DNA of 38,398 bases from Gemmatimonadales bacterium (lineage in GTDB: Bacteria; Gemmatimonadota; Gemmatimonadetes; Gemmatimonadales; GWC2-71-9), in contig JBKJZM010000167.1 in assembly GCA_046715295.1 (NCBI GenBank), forward strand, positions 1 to 38,398, read 5' to 3'. The position numbers and the translations under genes were made by a program. This document shows, piece by piece, positions 7,724 through 16,216 of this stretch (position 1 is the first letter of the stretch; every line of letters starts with the position of its first letter). The notes under the pieces were generated by a model. It was not told the origin of the DNA. It searched no databases and saw nothing but the letters and a program-made list of their open reading frames with translations.

Positions 7724-9652
7724 ATGGACAAGTACGATGTGATCGTGATCGGCGGGGGCCACGCCGGCGCCGAAGCTGCCACCCTCGCCGCTCGGCGGGG
7801 AGCCCGAACCCTCCTGCTGACCCAGAACCTCGAGACCATCGGACAGATGTCCTGCAACCCCGCGATCGGTGGGATCGCCAAGGGGACCGTGGTCCGCGAG
7901 GTAGACGCGCTCGGCGGTGTCATGGGGCGAGCGACCGACTTGGCGCGGATTCAGTTTCGTATGCTGAACAAATCCAAGGGACCAGCGGTGTGGTCACCGA
8001 GAGCGCAATGCGATCGCGGGCTCTACCGGCGAGCGGTTCGATCCCTGCTGGAGCGGCAGCCAGGGCTGGAATTTGCCCAAGGGACGGTCGCCAAATTCGT
8101 GATGTCCAATAAATGTCTCGATGGTGTCGTTACACTGGATGGTCGCATATACCGGAGCACCGCCGTCGTACTCACCGCGGGGACCTTTCTTCGCGGACGC
8201 ATCCACCTTGGGCTGGACACGCAGGTGCCGGCGGGCAGAGCTGGGGAGGCGCCGGCCACGGAAATAGCCCAGCAGATGGACGAGCTGGGTTTGATCGTGA
8301 AGCGGTTCAAGACGGGTACGCCACCACGCATTGATGGACGCTCTGTTGACCTTTCGAGGACGGTACGCCAGGACGGAGATTCCGATCCGTTCTGGTTCTC
8401 GTTCCACGAGCGCGCGGAACATCCTGAGCAGCGGGCGTGCTACCTGACCCATACGGGCGCGGAGCTCCAGGAGATCGTGCTCCGACATCTTCGGCAGTCA
8501 GCGCTGTACGGCGGTTCGATCAGCGGTCGCGGACCAAGGTACTGTCCCTCCATCGAGGACAAGATCTTGAAGTTCCCGGACGCGGAATGTCATCAAGTTT
8601 TCCTGGAGCCCGAGGGACTCGATACGGCCGAGATGTACGTGAACGGCCTTTCGACCTCGCTACCACCGTCCGTGCAACTGGAATTCCTTCGAAGCGTGCC
8701 AGGTCTTGAGCAGGTGCGGATGACCAGGCCCGGCTACGCGATCGAGTACGACTATTTCCCCCCCATTCAACTCCATCCGACTCTCGAGTCGAAACATCTT
8801 CCAGGGCTCTTCCTGGCGGGCCAAGTCAACGGAACGACGGGGTACGAGGAGGCGGCTGGCCAAGGGGCGGTCGCTGGGATCAATGCGGCGGCTCGAGCCT
8901 TGGAGCTGGAGAGCGTAGTGTTCGGGCGAGGCGAAGCCTTTATTGGCGTGCTGACCGACGACTTGGTTACCAAAGGTGTAGATGAACCCTATCGGTTGTT
9001 TACTTCTCGATCCGAATACCGACTCCTCCTGCGACAGGACAATGCGCTTCGTCGCTTGATCCCGACCGCCGAACGATTGGGAATGTTGACCGGGCAGGAA
9101 CTGGACTCGGCCCAAAGCCGGCTCCGAAATGAAGAGTCTGTGCAGGTCGTCGCTAACGAAACCAGTATTTCACCCGCACTAGCCAACCCGATCCTTCATG
9201 GCTGCGGCTCGACCATCATCACCGAGCCGACTCGTATCGCCGACCTGGCTCGCCGACCCGGGGTGCCGCTGACTGCCCTGCTCGGTACCGTTGGCATAGA
9301 GCAATCGGATCAGGAAACGAGATGGGCCGATATTGAGTTCAAGTACTCTGGGTATCTGGCGCGCGAGCGATCGGCGGTGGTGAGGCTCCGAAAGCTGGAA
9401 GAGTTCCCCATCCCGGGCGACATGGAGTACGGGGGACTCACGACGCTCGCGTTCGAAGCGAGAGAGAAACTTCAAGCGCTCCGGCCGGAGACGCTGGGCC
9501 GCGCCAGCCGCATTCCTGGCGTCACGCCGAGCGACCTTCATTGTCTGGTTTTCGAAGTCACCCGCAGGGCCCCCGTAATCACCACCGTTTCACGTGAAAC
9601 ACCGGGTGGAACGGATATACCTCTCACGAATGGCGGAGTGACTACCTCGTAA
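7724..9652 (+). CDS. mnmG: tRNA uridine-5-carboxymethylaminomethyl(34) synthesis enzyme MnmG (GidA)
   Basis: N-terminal FAD motif YDVIVIGGGHAGAEAA, then MSCNPAIGG, GPRYCPSIEDK, and the C-terminal GidA-associated domain. 642 aa. Confidence 0.95.
   Translation: MDKYDVIVIGGGHAGAEAATLAARRGARTLLLTQNLETIGQMSCNPAIGGIAKGTVVREVDALGGVMGRATDLARIQFRMLNKSKGPAVWSPRAQCDRGLYRRAVRSLLERQPGLEFAQGTVAKFVMSNKCLDGVVTLDGRIYRSTAVVLTAGTFLRGRIHLGLDTQVPAGRAGEAPATEIAQQMDELGLIVKRFKTGTPPRIDGRSVDLSRTVRQDGDSDPFWFSFHERAEHPEQRACYLTHTGAELQEIVLRHLRQSALYGGSISGRGPRYCPSIEDKILKFPDAECHQVFLEPEGLDTAEMYVNGLSTSLPPSVQLEFLRSVPGLEQVRMTRPGYAIEYDYFPPIQLHPTLESKHLPGLFLAGQVNGTTGYEEAAGQGAVAGINAAARALELESVVFGRGEAFIGVLTDDLVTKGVDEPYRLFTSRSEYRLLLRQDNALRRLIPTAERLGMLTGQELDSAQSRLRNEESVQVVANETSISPALANPILHGCGSTIITEPTRIADLARRPGVPLTALLGTVGIEQSDQETRWADIEFKYSGYLARERSAVVRLRKLEEFPIPGDMEYGGLTTLAFEAREKLQALRPETLGRASRIPGVTPSDLHCLVFEVTRRAPVITTVSRETPGGTDIPLTNGGVTTS
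9586..9601. promoter_or_regulatory. parS centromere-like site (15/16 match to TGTTTCACGTGAAACA)
   Basis: CGTTTCACGTGAAACA. The inner 14 bp (9587..9600) are a perfect palindrome. It lies inside the 3-prime end of mnmG. Confidence 0.85.
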
Positions 9653-9653
9653 A

Positions 9654-9669
9654 CGTTTCACGTGCAACG
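9654..9669. promoter_or_regulatory. parS-like site (13/16 match)
   Basis: CGTTTCACGTGCAACG, directly after the mnmG stop codon and 68 bp from the first site. Confidence 0.65.
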
Positions 9670-9878
9670 CGACCCTCTCACAATTCAGTAGCCCTCTTGG
9701 CTACCCACCCAGAAAATTATTCGAAGTAGATGAAATCAGCTCAGGAGATTGCACCTGACGCACAACATCCTATATTCGTGTTGTTCTCAACCCCAAGTGC
9801 TACTGATCAGCAGGATTAACAGTCGCAGTTAGATTATAAATGACCGCACTACAACCACTTAGAGGCTAATCAACGCCC

Positions 9879-10697
9879 ATGGCCCACGTCATAGCAATAG
9901 CGAACCAAAAAGGCGGCGTGGGTAAAACCACGACTGCCGTCAATGTCGCGGCCTCACTCGCCATGGCGGAGAGGCGCACGCTCCTCCTCGATGCCGACCC
10001 ACAGGGCAATGCAACGAGCGGTGTCGGCATAGCCAAGGAGACGGTTGAGCTCTCGCTCTACGAGTCTCTGGTGGAGGGCCGTCCCGCGGCCGATTCGATC
10101 CTCTCTATCAGCGCGCTTCCCTTTCTCTCCGTGCTCCCCGCGACACAAGACCTGGTGGGTGCCGAGCTGCAGTTGGTGGACCGCGAAGGACGTGAGGCGA
10201 AACTGCGCCACGTGCTCGAGGAATTGCAGGACTCGTACGACTACATCGTCGTCGACTGCCCCCCATCGCTGGGCTTGCTGACACTGAACGTCCTGGCGGC
10301 GGCCAACGCGGTGCTGATCCCGATCCAGTGCGAGTACTACGGCCTGGAGGGGATATCACAGCTTCTTAACACCGTCCGCCTAGTACAGCAGAACTTCAAT
10401 CCAGGCTTGGCGATAAGTGGTGTACTCCTGACCATGTACGACTCCCGGCTGAATCTGTGCCGGCAGGTGGCTGAGGATGCGAAGGAGTACTTTGGCGCCA
10501 AGGTCTTCATGACACCTATCCCCAGGAATGTGCGGCTCGCGGAGGCGCCCAGCTTCGGGAAGCCCATTCTGCTGTACGATGTCCAGTCTGTCGGTGCCAA
10601 GAGCTACCTGGCAGTCACCCAGGAGCTGATGCGCCGAGTCGAGAATTCAGGCGTCATCGAAGAGGCGCCGGCCCCCATCCCTGAGGTGACCACATGA
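9879..10697 (+). CDS. parA: chromosome partitioning ATPase ParA/Soj
   Basis: Deviant Walker A KGGVGKTTT, then DADPQGN and VVDCPPS. ATGA overlap with parB. Confidence 0.95.
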   Translation: MAHVIAIANQKGGVGKTTTAVNVAASLAMAERRTLLLDADPQGNATSGVGIAKETVELSLYESLVEGRPAADSILSISALPFLSVLPATQDLVGAELQLVDREGREAKLRHVLEELQDSYDYIVVDCPPSLGLLTLNVLAAANAVLIPIQCEYYGLEGISQLLNTVRLVQQNFNPGLAISGVLLTMYDSRLNLCRQVAEDAKEYFGAKVFMTPIPRNVRLAEAPSFGKPILLYDVQSVGAKSYLAVTQELMRRVENSGVIEEAPAPIPEVTT

Positions 10698-11593
10698 GCG
10701 AGACGAAACGCTTGGGACGAGGTCTCGAAGCTCTGCTTGGTGCCGTGTCCCGAGAGCAGGCCGAGGCGTCGGGTTCACTTCGGGAGCTCCCCATCGGCAA
10801 CGTGTTGCCAAATCCGTATCAGCCGCGCACCCATGTGGATGAGGATGCTTTGACCGAGCTGACCGCGTCGATCGAAGCCTCGGGCCTGCTGCAGCCGGTC
10901 ATCGTGCGCCCACGGAACGGAAAGTTCGAGCTCATTGCCGGTGAGCGCCGCTGGAGGGCGATTCAGCGCTTGGGATGGGCGAAGATTCCGGCGGTTGTCC
11001 GGGAAGTCGACGATCAAACCCTGCTGACGCTCGCCCTCATCGAGAATCTTCAACGCGATGAGCTGACTTCGATCGACGAGGCCGCGGGGTATCAACGCCT
11101 GGGCCAGGAGTTCAAACTCCCTCAGGCGGAGATCGCACGACTGGTGGGGCGAAACCGTTCTACCGTGGCAAACCTCCTGCGCTTGCTGAAGCTGCCGGAT
11201 GAGGTGAAGGCACTGGTTCAAGAAGGCAAGCTTTCCGAGGGGCATGCACGGGCGTTGCTCGCAGTAGAGAAGGAACCGGACCTTCTTCGCCTCGCACGAG
11301 AAGCGGCGGATCAAGGCTGGTCGGTCCGCGAGACGGAAGCGCGGGTCCGGGCAGAGTCGCCCAGCACTGCGGCAGCTGTGGCACCGACGAATGGCCCGCG
11401 ACCTCGTCCCCTGCAGAAATTGGCCACAGCCGAGGTGCGGCGAATCGAAGACGCGCTGAGAAAACGGCTGGGCACCGACGTGCGGGTCACTGCCCGGCGC
11501 CGCGGCCGTGGTTTCTTCAGCATCAGTTACTACTCCAACGACGACCTCGCTCGCGTGCTCGAGCTGATTCTGGGCGAGCCCTTCGCGGGATGA
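10694..11593 (+). CDS. parB: chromosome partitioning protein ParB/Spo0J
   Basis: PNPYQPR, GERRWRA arginine patch, ENLQRDELT, and an HTH segment IARLVGRNRSTVANLLRLL. Confidence 0.95.
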   Translation: MSETKRLGRGLEALLGAVSREQAEASGSLRELPIGNVLPNPYQPRTHVDEDALTELTASIEASGLLQPVIVRPRNGKFELIAGERRWRAIQRLGWAKIPAVVREVDDQTLLTLALIENLQRDELTSIDEAAGYQRLGQEFKLPQAEIARLVGRNRSTVANLLRLLKLPDEVKALVQEGKLSEGHARALLAVEKEPDLLRLAREAADQGWSVRETEARVRAESPSTAAAVAPTNGPRPRPLQKLATAEVRRIEDALRKRLGTDVRVTARRRGRGFFSISYYSNDDLARVLELILGEPFAG

Positions 11594-12384
11594 AGAGCCG
11601 TTCGCGCTTCGTCACGCTCCTGATCCAGAAGGACGGCAGGACGAAGACGCAGAGCTTCCGAATCCGACTCCGGACGCTTCGGCTCGCGGCCTGGTTGCTG
11701 GGACTGGTCGCAGCGTCGCTGTTACTGCTGGTAGTGCTCTATGGGCCCGTACTCAGGGCCGCGGCACGTGTTCCGGGCATGGAACGGGAGCTGGCCCGAT
11801 TGCGGACGGAGAACGCGAGGGTTCGCGATCTGTCGGCGGCTCTCGACAGCGCCGAATCCCGTTATGCGCAGGTCCGCCAGATGATGGGCGGCGAGATCGT
11901 GCGCGATCCGGTGACGATCACATCGTCTTTGCCTGTTGCTCCTCCAGTGCGGGCCCGGCTTGTTTCGGGGCCGGCCGTCCTGCCCCCCGGGCTCGGCATT
12001 CCGCAGTATTGGCCACTGGATGAGACGGGCTACATCACCCGGGGTCAGGTCAAGGCGGGTGGACGCGATGAGGCCCACCCCGGGATCGACATTGCGGTCT
12101 CAGTCGGAAGCGTGGTGCGAGCCTCGGGTGGTGCCATCGTTCAGCAGGCCGGCGAGGACCCCGAATACGGACACTTCGTGTTACTTGACCATACAAATGA
12201 ATACCAGACCATGTATGGCCATCTTTCGCGCATCATAGTGACAGCTAATGCCACAGTGGCTCCTGGCGAAGTCATTGGGCTGACCGGCAACAGCGGGCGG
12301 TCCACGGCCCCCCATCTGCACTTCGAGATTCGGCAACGAGACCTGTCACTGGACCCGCAGACCATGGTAAAGGAGGGGCGTTGA
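11590..12384 (+). CDS. membrane-anchored coiled-coil M23 (LytM-type) peptidase
   Basis: N-terminal TM segment (LAAWLLGLVAASLLLLVVLYG), a coiled-coil stretch, and M23 zinc ligands HPGID and PHLHFE. ATGA overlap with the parB stop. Confidence 0.9.
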   Translation: MKSRSRFVTLLIQKDGRTKTQSFRIRLRTLRLAAWLLGLVAASLLLLVVLYGPVLRAAARVPGMERELARLRTENARVRDLSAALDSAESRYAQVRQMMGGEIVRDPVTITSSLPVAPPVRARLVSGPAVLPPGLGIPQYWPLDETGYITRGQVKAGGRDEAHPGIDIAVSVGSVVRASGGAIVQQAGEDPEYGHFVLLDHTNEYQTMYGHLSRIIVTANATVAPGEVIGLTGNSGRSTAPHLHFEIRQRDLSLDPQTMVKEGR

Positions 12385-12803
12385 TGGGGATCTTCAGCAA
12401 TGCCGCGCGAGATGAAGAGGGAAACGAGCTGAGGCGGCGGCGTACCGACCAAATACCCTTCTCGATTATCGCCAGCGATATGACAGTAATAGGCGACTTG
12501 GAGACAGAAGGCATGGTGCGGGTGGAAGGAAGAGTGCGCGGTACGGTTCGGGTCGGGGGGCAGGTGCTCGTGGCTCAAGGCGCCGTCATCGAGGGTGACC
12601 TCCACACCCAGGAGGCTGTCATCGCCGGGCAGGTCAGCGGAGCCATTCACGCTCGCGAGCGGGTAGAGCTCCAGGCAACGGCGATGGTTGCCGGAGACAT
12701 TCTCACACCCCGGATCTCGATCATCGAGGGCGCAAGGGTGACCGGAGAGGTCAAGATGGACGCCGCCGCTCGTTCCGAAGCCGTCGGTAATTCCCCACAA
12801 TAG
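12384..12803 (+). CDS. bactofilin (polymer-forming cytoskeletal protein, DUF583)
   Basis: Repetitive beta-helix pattern V.G.V.G.V...G (VRVEGRVRGTVRVGGQVLVAQGAVIEGDLHTQEAVIAGQVSGAIHA...ARVTGEVKM). AAGGAGGGG Shine-Dalgarno before ATG 12384, which overlaps the M23 stop by 1 nt (TGATG). An in-frame TTG lies at 12381. Confidence 0.88.
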   Translation: MGIFSNAARDEEGNELRRRRTDQIPFSIIASDMTVIGDLETEGMVRVEGRVRGTVRVGGQVLVAQGAVIEGDLHTQEAVIAGQVSGAIHARERVELQATAMVAGDILTPRISIIEGARVTGEVKMDAAARSEAVGNSPQ

Positions 12804-12823
12804 TTGATAATTCAGCTAAGTGT

Positions 12824-13945
12824 GTGGAAATAAAAAGTTTGGCGCTACTTATTGCATCCTGGAGGTACCAAAATCACGCCAACGTGCCAACTATTAACGT
12901 AGTGCGTGCTCGTTGCTGCCATACTGTGCTTTCGCTGGCACTTCTCTCGTGCTCTTCTCCGCCCAGTTCCGGGATGCGGGTTGGTCTCATCACTCCCGGC
13001 TCCATCGCCGATGCCGCCTGGAATTCGGCGGCTTACCAAGGCCTCCAGCGGATCCGGGATTCGTTGGGTGTCCAGATCAGCCATGTCGAAGCCCGGACCC
13101 CAGCCGAGCAGTCCGAAGCGCTTCGGACCTACGCCGCCCAGGCCTACGACCTGGTCTTCGCCAACGGCTTCGAGTTTCAGGACGCGGCCGAGCGGGTCTC
13201 TTCCGACTATCCCAAGACCATCTTCATCGTCACCTCCGGCCGGCGCGCCCATGGCAACGTGGCTCCCCTCATCTTCCGTCTGGAAGAGGCGAGTTATCTG
13301 GCTGGGATGGTGGCCGGGGGGCTGACCAGGAGCAATGTGCTTGGCTTTGTGGGCGGGATCGAACTGCCTCCGATCAAAGCCGCCTACCAAGGCTGGTTCA
13401 ATGGGGCCAGGGCGGTAAATCCAAAGGCCCAGAGCCGGGAGATTTACCTCAACAGCTTCGATGATGCGGCCGCCGGCCGCGAAGCCGCATTGGCCCTCAT
13501 GCGGGTCGGCGCAGACATGTTTCACCACAACGCCGATGCCGCGGCGCTCGGTCTGTTCCAGGCCACCAAGGAACGGGCCGGCGTGTACGTGTTCGGAGCC
13601 AATGCGGATCAGTCGAGTCTGGCGCCCGATCGGGTTCTGGGCAGCGCCGTGATCGACCTTGCGCACGCCTTTCTTCTCGTGGCCTCGAAAGTTCGCTCGG
13701 GGCTTTTTACCCCCCGGGTAGAGGTCTTTGGCCTGGAAGGCGGCATCGTGAGTTACCTGCCTAATCCGCGTCTCGACAGCCTCGTTCCACCAGAGTTGAA
13801 AGCCCGAATGCGCGCAGCAACCGACTCAATGGTTGCCGGGACTCTCATAGCCGCTCCCCGTCCGGCCACCATGGAAGCCACACGACCGCGAAGCCCGAAC
13901 GGCCAGCTCGCCCTATCCGGCGCACAGCCCGCGAGCCTGAGATGA
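12824..13945 (+). CDS. BMP-family (Med/PnrA-like) ABC transporter substrate-binding lipoprotein
   Basis: Lipobox-like LALLSC, then BMP-family segments (GSIADAAWNSAAYQGL, DLVFANGFEFQDA, GFVGGIELPPI). Start uncertain: the ORF begins at 12824, with in-frame GTGs at 12884 and 12902. Confidence 0.85.
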   Translation: MEIKSLALLIASWRYQNHANVPTINVVRARCCHTVLSLALLSCSSPPSSGMRVGLITPGSIADAAWNSAAYQGLQRIRDSLGVQISHVEARTPAEQSEALRTYAAQAYDLVFANGFEFQDAAERVSSDYPKTIFIVTSGRRAHGNVAPLIFRLEEASYLAGMVAGGLTRSNVLGFVGGIELPPIKAAYQGWFNGARAVNPKAQSREIYLNSFDDAAAGREAALALMRVGADMFHHNADAAALGLFQATKERAGVYVFGANADQSSLAPDRVLGSAVIDLAHAFLLVASKVRSGLFTPRVEVFGLEGGIVSYLPNPRLDSLVPPELKARMRAATDSMVAGTLIAAPRPATMEATRPRSPNGQLALSGAQPASLR

Positions 13946-14739
13946 ATCCCGACGTCCCGCTGTCTGACGTGGTGGCTTACCTGAACGAGTATCTCCGAAT
14001 CAACGAGATACCGGATGAGCCGAATGCGATCAATGGACTCCAGGTCGAGAGCAGCGGTCGCATCAGTGCGATCGTGGCGGCGGTTGACGCCTCACAGGCC
14101 ACGATCGACGGTGTGATTGCCACCCTCGAGCCGGGGCAGCCCCCGCCGCTTCTGCTGGTGCATCACGGGCTGTTCTGGGATGGCAATGTGCCGGTCACCG
14201 GTCGCAGGTACCGGCGGCTCGCCGCCCTGCTCGATCACGATATTCCTCTGTACGCGGCGCACAATCCTCTCGACGTTCACCCGGAAGTGGGCAATAATGC
14301 GGTGCTGGCCGAGCGTCTGGGGATCAAGGTGGAAGGGTGGTTCGGGAACTATCGTGGCGTCCCGATCGGGGCCTGGGGGCACAGTCCGCCGAGTCTGCCG
14401 ACGCGTGAAGCGCTGGCGGTGGAGCTCGACCGCGTGCTGCATAGCATGAAGGGCGGCGCGAGGGTGATTCCGGGAGGTCCCGAAAAGCCAGGGCGGATCG
14501 GCATCATCACCGGCGGGGCGGGCAGCATGATCGCCGCGGCCGGCACCGCCGGACTCGACACCTTCATCACCGGCGAGGGGCCGCACCATACGTATTTCGA
14601 CGCGATGGAGCTCGGGCTCAACGTTGTCTATGCCGGACACTACGCCACCGAGACTCTGGGGGTCCAGGCGATGGCGTCACATCTGGCCGAGCAGTTCGAT
14701 CTCGAGTGGGACTTTCACGACCACCCGACCGGTCTCTGA
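13942..14739 (+). CDS. NIF3 / DUF34 family dinuclear-metal-centre protein (YbgI/YqfO-like)
   Basis: LLLVHHGLFW, YAAHNPLDVH and ITGEGPHHTYFDA...YAGHYATE give the conserved His/Asp/Glu metal-ligand pattern. ATGA overlap with the upstream SBP gene. Confidence 0.88.
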   Translation: MNPDVPLSDVVAYLNEYLRINEIPDEPNAINGLQVESSGRISAIVAAVDASQATIDGVIATLEPGQPPPLLLVHHGLFWDGNVPVTGRRYRRLAALLDHDIPLYAAHNPLDVHPEVGNNAVLAERLGIKVEGWFGNYRGVPIGAWGHSPPSLPTREALAVELDRVLHSMKGGARVIPGGPEKPGRIGIITGGAGSMIAAAGTAGLDTFITGEGPHHTYFDAMELGLNVVYAGHYATETLGVQAMASHLAEQFDLEWDFHDHPTGL

Positions 14740-14740
14740 T

Positions 14741-16216
14741 GTGACTCCGGTGCTCGAGCTTGCCGCCATCGACAAGCGATTCGGCTCCGTGCATGCCCTG
14801 CGCGGGGTCGATTTCGCATTGGCTCCGGGTGAAGTGCATGCCTTGCTGGGGGAGAACGGGGCGGGAAAATCAACGTTGATGCATGTCGCGTATGGGCTGG
14901 TACGACCCGATGCTGGAGAGGTCCGCGTCGAGGGCGCGACGCGGCGGATCTCGACTCCGCGGGTGGCCCGGGCCATGGGCATGGGGATGGTGCACCAGCA
15001 TTTCACCTCGATTCCTGCCCTGACGGTGGCCGAGAATGTGGCTCTCTCGGCCGGGTGGCCCGGGGTGCCGAACGAGATGCGCGAGCGCACCACGCTCTTG
15101 AGTGAGCGCATGGGGCTTCCGCTCGATCCCGATCAGCGAGCCGGCCGCCTGTCGGTATCCCTCAAGCAACGGCTCGAGATCGTCAAAGCGCTGGCGGGGG
15201 ACGCCAGAATACTGCTTCTCGACGAGCCCACCGGTGTGCTCGCTCCGCCGGAGGCGGAGCTCCTGCTGCAAATGGTCCGCACCTTTACGGACGCGGGCGG
15301 GTCGGCCGTCCTGATCACCCACAAGCTCGATGAGGCTCTTCTGACGGCGGACCGGGTCACCGTGCTGCGAGAGGGCGCGGTGACACTCACGGGACCGGTT
15401 GCCGGCCAGACCGCGGAGTCGCTCGCCCATGCGATGATCGGTGGTGATCCGGGTGTTCCCCTTGCTAGCAGGGAGGCGGTCAACAGGTCCCAGCCGCGGT
15501 CCTCGCGAGAGCTGATTCGCCTCGATGCCCTGGAGGTGTCCCGGGAAAGCGGATACGGAATCGCACTCCGGCGTGCTTCTCTCTCCGTCCGGGCGGGAGA
15601 GCTCGTGGGCGTGGCCGCAGTGGAGGGAAACGGACAGCGTGAGCTGCTCCGCGCGGTGGCGGGGCGCATCGCCCCGCTCCGCGGCAAGCTTCAGGTGACC
15701 CAGCCGGTGGGGTTCATCCCCGAAGACCGTACATCGGAAGGTCTGATCCCCGGGCTCAGCCTCACCGAGAACGTGGTCCTCGGTCTGGGCAGGGACGGGC
15801 CATGGATTCACGGCGGCCGAATCGCGTGGCGCGAGGCCGAAGCCCGCACCGCCGAGCTCATTCGGGACTTCGAGATCGCGGCACCGGGGCCTGGCGCCCG
15901 AGCCGCGACTCTCAGTGGCGGTAACCAGCAAAAGCTGGTGGTGGCGCGGGAGCTCTCCCGGGTTCCCGCGGTGATTGTCGCGGAGAACCCCACGCGCGGT
16001 CTCGACATCAGCGCCGCGGCTGCCATCCACCTTCGCCTCCGGTCCGCCGCGGCAGCGGGGGTAGCAGTTCTTTTCTACTCCGCCGATCTGGACGAAGTGC
16101 TACACCTCGCCGACCGGGTCATTGTGGTGACCAGAGGCATGACCTTGGAAGCCCCTCCTGGCGCCTCGCGTGCTGAAATCGGTGCCATGATGCTTCGGGT
16201 GGAGAGTCAGGCGTGA
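14741..16216 (+). CDS. ABC transporter ATP-binding protein with two fused ATPase domains (sugar/nucleoside type)
   Basis: ORF 14624..16216(+). Start placed at GTG 14741, just after the NIF3 stop. Walker A GENGAGKST, Walker B LLLDEPT, and second-domain signature LSGGNQQK. Confidence 0.9.
   Translation: MTPVLELAAIDKRFGSVHALRGVDFALAPGEVHALLGENGAGKSTLMHVAYGLVRPDAGEVRVEGATRRISTPRVARAMGMGMVHQHFTSIPALTVAENVALSAGWPGVPNEMRERTTLLSERMGLPLDPDQRAGRLSVSLKQRLEIVKALAGDARILLLDEPTGVLAPPEAELLLQMVRTFTDAGGSAVLITHKLDEALLTADRVTVLREGAVTLTGPVAGQTAESLAHAMIGGDPGVPLASREAVNRSQPRSSRELIRLDALEVSRESGYGIALRRASLSVRAGELVGVAAVEGNGQRELLRAVAGRIAPLRGKLQVTQPVGFIPEDRTSEGLIPGLSLTENVVLGLGRDGPWIHGGRIAWREAEARTAELIRDFEIAAPGPGARAATLSGGNQQKLVVARELSRVPAVIVAENPTRGLDISAAAAIHLRLRSAAAAGVAVLFYSADLDEVLHLADRVIVVTRGMTLEAPPGASRAEIGAMMLRVESQA

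Noticed and set aside
9653-9878. Possible oriC in the AT-rich region next to the parS sites
   Set aside because: I found no sequence within 2 mismatches of the DnaA box TTATCCACA or its complement by eye, no clustered repeats and no dnaA/dnaN nearby. It is better explained as the parAB promoter region. A genome-wide GC-skew and DnaA-box scan would settle it.
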